From Chiloscyllium plagiosum (lineage: Eukaryota): DNA of 64,000 nt. The stretch is from contig NC_057719.1 of NCBI RefSeq assembly GCF_004010195.1, positions 54,621,971-54,685,970 of the forward strand. The letters are read 5' to 3'. The notes beneath the pieces are model-generated. The model saw only the letters and a list, made by a program, of their open reading frames with translations. It did no database searches and was not told the origin of the DNA. This document shows, in pieces, positions 1-12,904 of the stretch. Each line of letters opens with the position of its first letter. Position 1 is the first letter of the stretch. A program made the position numbers and the translations under genes.

Positions 1-616
1 TTGAGTACAGGAGTTGGGAGGTCATGTTGCGGCTGTATAAGACATTGGTTAGGCCACTGTTGGAATATTGTGTGCAATTCTGGTCTCCTTCCTGTCAGAA
101 AGATGTTGTGAAACTTGAAAAGGTTCAGAAAAGATTTGCAAGGATGTTGGCAGGGTTGGAGGATTTGAGCTATAGGGAGAGGCTGAACAGACTAGGGAAG
201 TTTTCCCTGGAACGTCGGAGGCTGAGGGCTGACCTTATAGAGGTTTACCAAATTATGAGGGGCATGGATAGGGTAAATAGGCAAAGTCTTTTCCCTAGAG
301 TAGGGAAGTCCAGAACTAGAGGACATAGGTTTAGGGTGAGAGGGAAAAAATATAAAAGAGACCTAAGAGGCAACTTTTTCACACTGAGGGTGGTGCATGT
401 ATGGAATGAGCTGCTAGAGGATGTGGTGGAGGCTGGTACAATTGCAACATTTAAAAGGAATTTGGATGTGTATATGAATAGGAAGGGTTTGGAGGGATAT
501 GGGCCAGATGCTGGCAGGTGGGACTAGATTGGGATGGGATATCTAGTTGACACGGACGGGTTGGACCAAAGGGTCTGTTTCCATGCTGTACATCTCTATG
601 ACTCTATGACTCTATA
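1..616 (+). mobile_element. CR1 LINE 3' end (ORF2 C-terminus, 3' UTR, microsatellite tail)
   Basis: ORF 24-527 has CR1 ORF2 C-terminal motifs (LYKTLVRPLLEYCVQFWSP, LERRRLRADLI, TRGH, FFTLRVV..WNEL); ends in (CTCTATGA)n. Confidence 0.95.
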
Positions 617-678
617 AGTGTTTTTATTTCTGTCTCTCCTTTATCGTCAGTCTGTTCCCGCCTCCTCCCACAACTCAC

Positions 679-700
679 CACACTTCCTGTTCTCCAGCCT
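679..700 (-). CDS. Possible 22-nt microexon of the minus-strand host transcript (RLENRKC in phase 0)
   Basis: Minus strand ttttctgcag|AGGCTGGAGAACAGGAAGTGTG|gtgagt; open in the phase left by the 11402-11443 exon; splice signals only. Confidence 0.2.
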
Positions 701-2379
701 CTGCAGAAAATTTTGCACCGTTGATATTAGGTGGATAACTGCATGGCATTTATAAAGGCAGACAATCTCAGGTATAATTTACAACTGGCAGATTTGAAGA
801 ATAATCACTAAATGTTTTGAATTAGTGAATTTCAAAGATGGAGGAGAGAAGGCGAGGCCTTAGTGAACTGCCAGGTTTAACCTGTTTGGAGTAAATCAAA
901 GCTGTTACAGAGCACCAGATGGACAAGGTGATTCACTGACATTGACTTGCAAAATAATTTGTCTGCTTAAAGTGCGTGCCACATTTAAATCAAAACTGCA
1001 GCCGTTTATCGAGAGCTCTAAAAGGCATTTCTTGTCCTGCATAAATAATTTGTTACTTTTATGATTACTTCTTTCAGGGACAGAACTTTACACAGGTATT
1101 TACAGTGCCTTTTGAAATGAAAATTTTCAACTGATACAATTCTGGTAGTGCACAATTAGAGACAGTAATTTTAATTATATAAAAATACTATTTACAAAGC
1201 TGCCATATAACCAATTTAATTAAGTGCATTATCCACATTGGAACTCCGCTGGTCCTCGATGTAAGATATACACAAAATTAGTTAACTTTTGGCTTTGCTG
1301 AGGTTGGATGCGCAGACTCAGCACAATCCCCCTTCCACAAACTCAACGCAACTCTTTCGATTTTCATTCTTGGGGACAGGCAGAATGAGATAAAGTTTGA
1401 GGCAGCCATGGAGGCTGCAAAATGCAGAGAAGGGTTGTGGGAGAGAGCTGCCTCAATATAGAAGGCACTTTATTGCAGCTGTTCAAGAAATAAGCAAAAG
1501 TCATCCCTCTCGCCCTTAGTCCACGCATCCCCTCACCCTGTCTACACATTCCACATGCCTATTCATGTGTACCTAGACCACTTTGTGTCCCTTATCAACC
1601 CCCAGGGCCCTTCTTACAGTCCTCTAACCACTCTCCATAGCCCTTTATTTCTCTCATCTCTATCTAAAACCCATTATCCACTGCCTATGCCCTTGACCTT
1701 ATCTGTCAGACTATGTATCTCTATCCATACCCAAGTCTCTTTATAGGATCCCTAAATTACTGAAAGAGGCCATTTGGCTCAAAAACTCTGCACCAATGCT
1801 ATGAAGAGCATCTCACCCATACCCAGTACTACACCCGATCTCCATAACCCCACATTTACTTAGTTCCAAGCTGAGACAACCCATGCCCCATCCACCAACT
1901 TTACAAAATATTTTCCACACTTCCCTTGTAAAGCTGCAAAAACGTATACTTCTACAAACCACAGATGTGCAAACTACAGCTATTCCCAGTTTTCATTAAC
2001 CCCTAACCCCTGAATGTGATCATGTATAGGGACAGGACTTTGTGGATTAAGGCCTCCAGCAGCAGTTTGACTAAGCCTGAGATCCTCTTCATCTGTGTAA
2101 ACATTTATGATGTAATGTCATTATAAAGCCTTGGTCACACTATTGCTAGTTCAAAAATGTCAGACCAAAGCTCTGTGTTAACCAAACTTGTTTCACCACA
2201 AATGCTATGGAGGAACACATGAAGACTTGTAGTCATGACATCCATTCAAGACAGCTCCACCCATGGCTGTTATAAGTGACAGCTGAACTCAATTTCTGTG
2301 CAGTAGGCAATTTGCAAACAGCCATGACAAAGGAACTGAGATCATGTGCAGTTAATGAATAAGCAACAAGATCGATAAT

Positions 2380-3260
2380 AAATTAGTTTCGAGGCAGACG
2401 CCAAATGGTAAGCATGAAAGCCAATTAAAATGGGAGATGGTGTTTGTTCATCGTTTATTTATAGAATTTAGACACAGGAATAGAAAGCACAATATTAAAA
2501 TTTGCAGCCAAGATCAAAGGAGGTATGATTTATCTCAAGGAGATCTAAAGCAAGCTAAAACTTTACAGAATGGGAGTCTGAATGGTAAAGTATAGTTGCT
2601 TGAAAAATGGTTCATGGAAAATATGGCAGGTGGAATAAGGAGGTCACTGACTCCTTGGAAAATATAATTTTAAAAAGGATCAAAGGGATCTTGGTCTATT
2701 GGTTCACAATCATGACAGATCCAATAAATGCAAAGAAATAAGGTGCATTTCAAGAAGAACAGAAATTAGAGAAGCTATGTTTAATTTGACTAATTCATTA
2801 CTGAGATCTGGTTAGTGTATGATGTACAATGCTGTTTTTTTTTAACAGAAAAAAGCAAATAGAAGCACTGATGAAGTCAGAAAGCAGATGTTCACTTCAG
2901 AATGAATGGTTATTATCACGAGGAAGGACTGAATAGACTTGAGCTACTGCCTTCAAAATAAAAAGGCTGACAGGTGACAAGATGAATATCTTCAAATTCA
3001 GAAGAAGTTTCATAGAATAGAAAGGAAGTATTTCCATTTGAAGGGAGTCTCAAGTAAAGGATGATAAATATAAGAACCCTGAAAAATCCAATATAGAATT
3101 CAAAACATTTTTTTTTGTTTAGTTTGGAATGTCACATGGACTGGTTGAAATGAATAGCATAGACACTATTTTAAGGGGGAGCTGGATAAATACATGGAGA
3201 AAGGAATGGAAAATTTGGTGGTAAATTCTGACTCCTCTGCAAGCTGTGTGATTGATTGAT
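2380..3260 (+). mobile_element. Old, heavily decayed CR1 LINE fragment
   Basis: Degenerate matches to CR1 ORF2 3' blocks (for example gaggaaggactgaatagacttgagct...aggctgacaggtgac). Confidence 0.5.
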
Positions 3261-3444
3261 TGTAGGGTAACTGATTGTATTCTAATAATATCCCAAATGT
3301 ATCTCCTAGAAAAACATGTTGTCTTCTTCACATGATCAGGTTGCAGTCTGCAACAGTCTTATTCATCAACTTACTAAAATATGCAGGGATATTTCACCTC
3401 TAGCCCTGGCATGAGCTTCTAGCTACACCCGGCAATCCACTGGG

Positions 3445-3485
3445 AGCATTTCAATGAGGTAACAGCAGCATTTCAATGAGGTAAC
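3445..3485. repeat. 19-bp perfect direct repeat (agcatttcaatgaggtaac x2)
   Basis: Copies at 3445-3463 and 3467-3485. Confidence 0.9.
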
Positions 3486-6400
3486 TCGGGTAACCCACCC
3501 GCATCAATGTATTAGATGGTCAACAAGAGGTGACTAAAATTAATGTTTAGTACATACACAGGAGAAGTATTCAATATCTGTGTGTTGACATCACTCATTA
3601 TGATGAACACAAACAAGAGAAACACTGACAAATAAAAAGGCTTTGATCTTTCCATAGCTAAATAAATGTCTGCACAGCTAGATTGAATATTCAATCATTA
3701 TTATATTTCAGGTACTAATGTTTATTTGGATGCCATTAAGAAGATAACTGAGAACCTCTTTCCGAATGTGGAGGAAATTATTTTAAAAAGAAATTTCAAT
3801 GCATTCTGTTAATTGGCAGCAGATTTTGGCAAAATGCCCATTTAAACTGCTCCAGCAAAAGAAAATTTCCTGCTGCAATGCTATTTACCATAAGAACATG
3901 TCACAGGAGGTGCAGCTAGTTTTGGGAAGGACAGCATAATGAATTGTCATGATCTAGTAGCCAACATAAAGCCCATATTTCAATGAAAAGGAAAATGTGG
4001 CAGGAGGTGAAATCATTTAGCAATTGCTGTTGGTTATTTTATCATTCAGACTAATGATTCCCAATTAAATGAACACATTGACAGCATGCACATGAAAGGA
4101 TCCACAACAGAATTAGAATTTTTGTCTTGAAAGCAGTGGACAAATATTTTCAATCTTGTGAAAGAAATAGGAAAAGGATCGGTATGGTGTATGTAGCACT
4201 CCTAAGTAGCAGTCAATTGCCTTAAGGACTTGCATCAATTCCCAAAGTGGTGGGTGGGGTGAGTAGGTGGGTGACAGGGATTGGGAACCTATTTGTCTCT
4301 GTTTAACTGCCCATTAAGCTTTTGCAGAACCTCTTTACAGATCTGTGAGAGCCAGAAGCTAATTTTCAGTTGGTAATTTGCAAATCCCCAAAAAATTCTA
4401 GTGCATATTAATATACATCTAGAATAATCAAGTACATTTCTTACAGGTAAAAAAACTTTTAGGTACTGAAGTTTTTTTGTTTCAAATTGGGCACAGTACC
4501 ATGCAGCTAGACATTTGGCTAGTTCTATGTGCAGACAAGCTGCAAACACCCCTCTCCTGGTAATGCTTGTTGCTAATAATTGGACACTAAGCTTACTACT
4601 GGTTCTTTTTGGGCATCTCCACTAAAGTTTACATATGTGCATGACACAGATGTGAGTACAGGGACCCAGAAGTTATTGAGTTATCAGGTTTTTACCACCA
4701 GATTGAAAATTAAGTCACTGGTGTCAAGGAAGAATGCCTTTAATACTTGGTTGGCTTCTAATTTGTTCTTCCTTGGTAGATTTGTTTTATGATTTTTGCT
4801 TGGATTTGATTAACTGTCATGGAAATCATTTAATTTTCCAATGAGATGTATTTAGCAGGTCCAAATCATTCAACATCACATAATGAAAGGAGAATCAATA
4901 AATACATATTTGTACCAAAAGGGATTGAGTGCCCAAAAAACTGAAAAACAATCTTATTTTTAGTTTCCACTAATTTTTGTATCCTTCAGTTTTCTGAATC
5001 AAAAGTTAAATAAAGATGTGAAACAAGGATATGCTGTGTAATAACAAATATTTTTCTTACATTTCAGATTTCCAGCATCCATTGTTGTTTGCTTTTATTG
5101 CAATCAACAATTTGTTGGTACAAGTATTTTGTGAAACAATCAAAGGTTTTAACATTATATTAAATCATTTAATCTTGGAGGTTCTCTTCTTAAAATTAAT
5201 TTCCTGCTCACAATGTCATCCCTTCACCTTTCTTGCTTGTACTTTATACAGAATATGCATTATCAAAGTAACATTCAGTAACCAAACAACTTCCAATACA
5301 GTCCTTGTGTATCATTTCCCTTAAAATCTTTCACAAAGTGAATTTGAGCCAGCATTTTTGGACTTAAAATACTTTTAAGGATAAACACTTTAATACACAT
5401 TTTTCTATATTTAACTTTTTTTAAAAAAAAATTCCCTTTAAAACATCCTTTATATAGAATCCTTCACCATATTGCATAGTTGCAATGCCAGAAACCTAGC
5501 ATCTGGTCTTATCTGAATGTGTAATCAACTACAACGGACAAATCCTGTTTTGCAACTTCTATATATCTTCTCCAGATCTGAAATAGTTTTTTTTTCTCTG
5601 AGATCGCCTAGCATGATTAATCTGGGTTGGAATAATACTCTCTAATCAGAATTATTCAATTTAATCAAGTTATCTAATCTAATCAAGTTTCATTCTGATT
5701 GATTCTGCTTAATATCCAAACCAATATATTGGAACCGGACTTCAAATCTTAAGTTTAATGTTATTCTTTGCATGCTTCTCAAATTTTATGGTAATACTCT
5801 ATGAGAAATCATCAATATGCATCATGAAGATGCTTAAAGTCTCCATGTAATACCAATAAACATAGTTTACTTTCAGCAAACAAGATGTCACTGAAAAGAT
5901 ATCACATCCCCAAGGTATAATTCAGGCCTAAAAAGGGTGATTTAAACTCTTTAATTTCTCTTTCAGATCAGATGAGACTCCAGTTTCTTGGTTCTTTGCT
6001 ATTTCTACAGATAAAAAGTTTCTAATTAAGAGACTACACATTTACTTAATCATACTTCAATCCAACAGTATTCACACATTTACTAACCAGGAATGTAAAC
6101 TATGACTATATTATCCAATCATATTCAATCTAGCACTCATAATTACATGTCAAATCATATTCTAATTCATGAAAGTGATAATATTATCCAACCAAGTCAC
6201 AACACATTCACAAACTTATATCTTCCAACTGTGAGCATAAACATGTGATCGTCAAAAACTCTTTCTCCCCCTTTCTGGCATTAAGCATATTTCTTATTTT
6301 CAATTTCATTGTTTCTCTTCTGCACTGCTTGCCTCTTTATACAATTTCAGAAACATGTCTTTTGTCATGAATTAATGTAGAAAGATTAAATGTTGCTGTC

Positions 6401-8100
6401 AAATCTACAAAGTGTAAAATTAAAATATTTTTTCTTTTTGTCTCAATCTCCATGGCAACTACCTCATTAAAGTCATGTGAATGGAAGACACATAACATGG
6501 TGGTGCCCTCTGAAATAATTTACATATTTCACAGTTTTGCATGGGTCTCATTGATGAGCTCTGTATTACTCCTCCATAACTACACTGTCAACTCTTCCTT
6601 ATTAAGAATTGTGCAGTGTTAAGACAATTTGTTTTTTTTCACATTCCCATTACTACTTGTCCTTAACAATTCTTTAATATTATGATGAGAAATATCAGGT
6701 TTTGTTATAGGGATGCAGTAATGCCATGATTGGTTAAATTGCAAATCCACCATCTTTCCAAAAATAAACAATTACTTTATTATGTCCTATGTTTAATTTA
6801 ATTTTTGCCTTTTTCAGGGCAAACCTATATAAAAACAAAGATAATTTTCCAGGTCAAGATCAGCAATAATAACATGCTGTAGTTTCACTATTTACTTTCA
6901 AATTATCATTCTTTTTAGTGACCTGAATGTGGTGTTATACCTGAAACTAAAACCTGTCAAAATTATATCCTTCTGGACCTTACATTGATCTTCATTACAG
7001 ATTGAATCTCAATAACATTTTACTTAATCTGTTCCATACGTTCTCAATCTGGAATCATTATCTAACATCACACAGTTAAATGGTAAATGCAATCATCACC
7101 AGACCGAAGCTTCCTGTGCCTTGTACAATTATTTCAGTTTGGACTTTATCATCATATTTAGTCTCCAAATTCTCTGTAATGTGCAATATGTTGAGAATTC
7201 TGCTTCTCCACTTTAGGCAGCTCATTGCATAATGATGTTTTGATTCTTATCACTTATTAACAGCTCCCCGGCACTCCTGTTTATTTTTTTGCTTCCTATT
7301 GTAGTTTCAATTCTATAATCTGTTGTGGTTTCCAAAAAAAATGGTTTCATCCTCATTTCCTGTCTGTAACTCTTCATTTTTACAGATGCCCGTATCTAAT
7401 TTCTAGATGATCTGAAAATGCTGCAATCATTGAGTCCTCTGTAACAATGTGGAATATTCCATTGTGCAATCAAAGCTGCTGAAAATGATTGTTGCCTTTG
7501 GAAATATTCCTCATAAAACAGACATCTGTGCAAAGGTGAGTTTCAATATTCTGAACCAAGGAGCATGTCCGTTTGCAACACCAAATAGAATCCAGCAATT
7601 TAAATGAAAGCATTGAACGAGGAATCATCAAACTAAATTCTGCAGTCATTTGTACACTGTGACAATCCATGATATATTCCTCCATGGAATGTCTGTTTGG
7701 CTTTTTAAATCTATTAAAGTCTGACCATGCCTCAGAGGGGTCCAATAGATCTTCTTTCTGATCAATTTCATTCATAGAAACTTAATAGCAGATCCAAATT
7801 TTCATCAATATCTGACTGATGGACATGCAGTCATAAAGTATTCTGCTTCTGGTTTTACTTTGATAAGTAAGTGACAACACCAAGCCCATACCTTCTCTTT
7901 TTTGTACCTCGATAAGGATGTCAACCAAATCCACCTATCTGCTTCATTCTTCCACTGGTCTTAAGTTTCAGACTCTGAAAACATCAGAGGGCAATCATGC
8001 GCTGATAATTTACACTTTCTCTTCCAGAAATTCTTCAAGAAAGCTTCTGAGATTGTAAATCTCTTCTCTTTTTTAAAAAAAGAATTCCAACCTACACATG

Positions 8101-8120
8101 GAAAACATTCTCTGTTGCCA
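8101..8120 (-). promoter_or_regulatory. Primer-binding site complementary to the initiator tRNA-Met 3' end
   Basis: Plus strand gaaaacattctctgttgcca matches the tRNA-iMet 3' end gaaaccatcctctgctacca (recalled) at 16/20 and abuts the LTR terminus at 8121. Confidence 0.75.
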
Positions 8121-8411
8121 TGTTAAAACATTGACAGCAGCTTGGTGATGGAGAAGGCCAGGAGTCAACTTTTGCTCATTTTAAAATTATTTGCAAATTT
8201 GAAACTGTAATAATAAATGTACAGCTCTTATTACTACTCTTCACCTAAATGTCTCGTTCCACTGTTTTGTAAGGCCTTAGGATACTGAAGCAAACTTGCG
8301 ATGACTTTGGGAAGCTGCTTGCTTTTGGCATCAGTAGCACAGGGTGGGCAGATTTACTTAGTCTGAGATGAGGTAGAGAGCAACGTATAAGAAAAAAGTC
8401 TTTCAATAACA
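8121..8411 (-). mobile_element. Probable 5' LTR of the copia element
   Basis: Adjacent to the PBS; bounded by TGTTA...TAACA; outer boundary uncertain. Confidence 0.5.
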
Positions 8412-8439
8412 TGGCATTGTGGAAAAGACTAAACTACAT

Positions 8440-9041
8440 CAAAATAGTGTATACTTTTCTTTAAAAATAAGAAAAAGTTAAGTGTAAGGTGTTGCATTCT
8501 GGATGCTATTTGACTGGTAAGACTACCAGATAGGAAGCAAAACACACTTTATTCATATATTATAGTTCAAATACAACAACATTTTTAAAATGAACTGACT
8601 TTGCTGTAACTCTATTGGAAAACTTAACAGTATAATAGATTATTTTACTACTAAACAGTAACTGTTCCAATTTAGTAACTTGCCATACAGACATCCTTGG
8701 CAAGGCAAATTGGAAAATTGGGTTGTTGCAACTCCAGCAGCATGAAGAGAACCCATAGCTTTTAGCTGTAACCAAGAGAGGACAAAAAAAAAACTCCACC
8801 TCTTCAAGACCCCAGCAGCAACTACTATTGAAAAACTAGAAAAAGAATTTCTGGCTCTGTGGAAGCTGGACTTTACCAATTCAGGCTGCTTCTATTGCTC
8901 CAACTTCAAATAAAAACAAAGACCTCACAAGCTGTTTACTTCATGGAATTTCAATACATACCTTTCACCTCTGTCTTAAAAACCTCTCTTGAAATAAATA
9001 GGACAAAATACACCTTGTAAAGCCATAGTATCATCATCACA
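8440..9041 (-). mobile_element. Possible solo LTR of an unrelated element
   Basis: Starts TGTGA on the minus strand, minus-strand AATAAA near 8550, LTR-like composition; no TSD found. Confidence 0.25.
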
Positions 9042-10254
9042 ATGGCAATAAAATTAAAACCTGATATATCTCTGGTTACCATGTATCATTGTTTTCATTC
9101 TGAATATGTATAAAAGAGTATCACAAAGATGTATAAGCCTAAAGACAGTTCTTAACTTTGTCTTCAACTCAATCAGGAAATAGTGAAGACTGCAGATGTT
9201 GGAGAGTCAGACTTGATAAAGAATTGATGACTAGGATATAGAGTGTGGCAGAGGCTGGAGTTAGTGACTTCACTCAAGTTAGCAATTGGAAATGTAATTT
9301 TTAAAAAGTTATATAATCATGTATTCTTCCATTTCCATATTGTACTTTATATAATTGTAACTAAACACAAAGACTATTGTAATTAAAGTAAGCACATCTT
9401 CGTAAAGTAGTTGTTTAGAAATCCAAGCCGCCTTTGATGCAATTATTCAACTTTGTGCAAATTACTACAGGAAATCGCCAGAGTATAATTGGAAAAAAAC
9501 GCTTGTGCCAAAATGAGCAATGGAAATAAGAGTCTATTACTATTATTGCATCAGATGGGTCTCCTGCTCTTTGAAAATACTAAATCCTTAATTAAACTAG
9601 TATTAGGTATAAATGGCAGATTTAGATAAAATCATGCAGTTAGAATTTTAATGAATGTAATCCTATGCCAAAAAAATGTATTTCCAGCACTGGTTGACTC
9701 TAATTACAATAGGATATGAATAGTTTTTTTTTACTTTTCCAGTCATCTCTGGATATGTGCTAAGAATGCCAGTGGCTTGTTTCAACCTTTTGTTTTGGTT
9801 TCCAGTTGTACCTTATTGGCATTGTTTGCATGTGAAGAATATCATCAAAGCATAGACTCCTGACAGCATGGAAGTAGACCAGTCAGCCCATTGAGTCCAC
9901 ACCAACCCTCCGAAGAGTATTCACCAAAATTACAATTGGTCTGAGAATGTCTAAGCAACATAACCTCCCCCCCCCAAATCTTCCAATATTCATATCATCA
10001 GATTTTATACATGTTGGGAGATGAAAGACAGAACTTCATCAAAGTCTCAATGCACACAAATGCACAGCCTTATCACTTCTAAAATAACAAACTGAGTGGG
10101 AAATACCTTGCATGAAATACTGGGAAAAGGAATTTCAGAGCAAAATGTTCTCACATCAGTGGCTCATACTCTAATTATAAGCCAAATGATTGTATGCTGT
10201 CTGTCATAAATTATGATTGCCTAAGTTCAGGAAAGTGTTTTTGAAGAGTGAGCA

Positions 10255-10510
10255 TTCTCAGATGAAGTAACAAATCCATGGAACTCTTTGGAAGAACAGA
10301 CAGTTCTTCTTAGTTTCGTTGTAAATAATTCCACATCACTAAAACAAATTATCTAATCATTCATCTCATTGATGTTTGTGGAATCTGTGTTCAAATTGAT
10401 TGTCATGTTTCTTACATGATGACTGTGATTACAGTTCAAAAGCTTTGCGTTGGTTATGGAGTAGTTGAGATTTTCTGATGAAATAGCATGATAAAAATGT
10501 AAGTTTGTTT
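10255..10510 (+). mobile_element. DeuSINE-type SINE remnant (SacSINE1/AmnSINE1-like)
   Basis: Resembles the Deu domain and tail (aatccatggaactctttggaagaa...catcactaaaacaaattatctaatcatt...gtttgtggaatctgtg); similar to 53030-53322. Confidence 0.6.
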
Positions 10511-11401
10511 GATCATTCATTAAGGACAACTATACTTACATTGACCAAAATTGTCTGAATACACTATCAAAAACTCATGGTAACCTATTACTTTATTCAG
10601 CAAGGTTAGAATAGGTCCACCAGTGGCAGGGGTTTGTTGGTTGAGTCCAACTGCATGGGATGGGCACACAGGGCTGAATGGAGCAGTTGTGAGTGTGTTC
10701 AGCAGCAGGACAGGAGCATAGGTGATCAGGTCTGGGGTTTGAGGATGTAATTGGGACCATCAGGTAAGTTGTTTGGTGAGCTGTACTGGAAGGGTGAGAT
10801 AAGTATGGGTTCTGCTAAATAGTTACTCAGGAGTAAGTATTTAATCGTCCATCTTTTCCAAAGTAACTCTTAATTTCAACAGAACCCTCCAAATTAGCCA
10901 GTTTAAATGGAAACATTTAGAGGGTTCTAAACATAGAGAAATTGCTCATAAAAATATTTAATTTCTCAGCCAATTCATTTGGATTCTATTATGATGGGGA
11001 TTCTCACAATGCACAACTCCCATTTACACTGGAATAATGACAGTCTGGCCATTAGAAAATCCAGGCCATTCTATTTCTTACTTTTGTTCCATCTCAGCTT
11101 TTATAAACATTTTGTACAACAAGAACAGAGCAGAATAGAAAGTGCTGAACCACAATTTCTGAATAAATGACAAAAATAGTAAAATTTGCACATCTTAGTA
11201 GATATACCTAGGACTACAATGTTCACAGGGACAGATAGAAACATTTATAATAAAATGAAATGTCTAGCCCAGATTGTTCAATCACGACTATTCAGTTAAC
11301 CAGCACAAAGTAAACAATCACAAATCAAAAAACAAAGAGCTAAATTTTCCAGGTATTGATGAGATTTTGTTGGAATCCTGCTTTCCATCAGTCAGTCTTA
11401 C

Positions 11402-11443
11402 CTGTGTGAGTTTAAATTCCCACACATTATCACAAAATATGTC
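11402..11443 (-). CDS. Candidate 42-nt coding exon (DIFCDNVWEFKLTQ), unidentified gene
   Basis: Acceptor ttttgcaaccag, strong donor CAG|gtaaga, length divisible by 3, open in phase 0 matching the upstream MKMQ exon. Confidence 0.5.
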
Positions 11444-11789
11444 CTGGTTGCAAAATGTTGCAATAAAGACAGAAGTGTGTTTGAAGGGATCAACAGCTAT
11501 TGTTCCAAGATATTCAAAAATCTTGCTTCTGATCCCATTTTAGTTTTATTTCTGTGTTTTTATTCCAATAGCTTTCCCCATCTGCCTTTGTGCAAGTTTC
11601 CATGAAGCAGTCATTTTATCCGAGCAACATTTCAGAGTAAAACTCGAATCACATGAGAGTGCTAATATAACTTGGTATCTCCACACATTGTTCAGGCAGA
11701 AATGAATATACCTCTATTTATTCCCATGAGAACAACCTTCACAACTTTTGCTAAAAAGAAAAAATAATTTGTATTTGTATTTTATCTTT

Positions 11790-12010
11790 CACAAAGTTCT
11801 ACAGCAGATTCAGTAAATTTTAAAATGTTAAGGGAAAAAAAATCAGGAAACACAGCAGCTAATTGTTCCTCAAAGACCAAAGAAATAAACAACCAATTAG
11901 ATGATTGTACTGCAGCTGCTGAATGAGTATATTGTAGCCAACATACAGAGAGAACCACTCCTCCCTTCTTCAAATATTGCCACGGGACCTTTCACATCTA
12001 CCTGAGATAA
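11790..12010 (-). mobile_element. DeuSINE-type SINE remnant
   Basis: Reverse complement contains aaaggtcccgtggcaatatttgaagaagggaggag, matching the Deu domain start. Confidence 0.5.
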
Positions 12011-12304
12011 CATTCAGTTTGGAATCTGGTTTATCCAAAAGTCATCTCTCATTGATGGGATACTCCATTATCTCTGCATTGCAGATCAGCCAAGCTGTAT
12101 TCAAGATTAGGAAATGAGCTTGAAGTGTTCAATGTTCTGATTCCAAGGCAAGGTAAGCCAGCAGCTGCAGTTGTTATACCGTGTGATGCTGCACAGAGTT
12201 ATAGAGATCTCAGGAAGATTTTGGGACTTCAGCAGCAGCATAAAATTAGGCACTGTGGCACTTGTTGTACAATGAATCCTCATCTCATTGTGCTGATTAA
12301 ATGT

Positions 12305-12612
12305 GGGTGGCACGGTAGCTCAGTGTTTAGTGCTATTGTTTCACAGCACCAGGGACCTGGGAGTATGTTTGTTCACCCTGCATCGGCGCAGGTTTCCTCC
12401 AGGTGCTCCGGTTTCCTCCCACAATGCAATGATGTGCAGGTTAGATGGATTGGCAATGCCAAATTGCCCATAGTATCCATGGATGTACATGCTAGGTGGG
12501 TTAGCTATGGGAAATGCAGGGTTCTGAGTGGGTCGGGATAGGATGCTGTTCGGAGGGTCGATGTGTGCTTGATGGGCCAAATGGCCTGCTTCCATACTAT
12601 AGGGATTCTGTG
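12305..12612 (+). mobile_element. HE1-type (V-SINE) tRNA-derived SINE
   Basis: tRNA-like head gggtggcacggtagctcagtg, V-domain ggtttcctccaggtgctccggtttcctcccaca, tail gggccaaatggcctg. Confidence 0.9.
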
Positions 12613-12904
12613 AATTATCTGGACTATTCATGATCAGGAGATAAATTTCCCCATCGCCAAACTCCTTTTAGGACCTACCTGATTCAGCATGATAGAGGAA
12701 AATCTAACCTTTTCAGGTCATTTAACAAAAATGTTTTTTCTTAACCTAGTGCGGTTTATTGCATCACAACAGGCCTGAAATATTCCTGCATAGACCAGTG
12801 CATATACAACACAACATCAGGCAACAATTCCTCTCTCCTCCCAGTCTCAGGACTCTCACTTGTCCCTATCTCAACCCTGCCCCCTGCCCCAAGCTCAAGA
12901 CCTG

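Larger units (their letters stand above)
5440..8411 (-). mobile_element. Decayed Ty1/copia LTR retrotransposon (GalEa-like)
   Basis: Minus-strand order gag (EAWSDFNRFKK..SMEEYIM, ~7600-7775), protease (FNCVMLDND, ~7050-7080), integrase (CEICKLFQRAPP; DFNEVVAMEI, ~6445-6540), RT (FMMHIDDF ~5805-5830, FQYIGLDIKQ, QIRPDARF ~5500). Integrase before RT is the copia order. Confidence 0.85.

Noticed and set aside
11402..11443. FCDNVW also occurs in TFIIA-gamma (GTF2A2)
   Set aside because: The flanking residues do not match and no other TFIIA-gamma exons are visible, so no gene symbol was assigned
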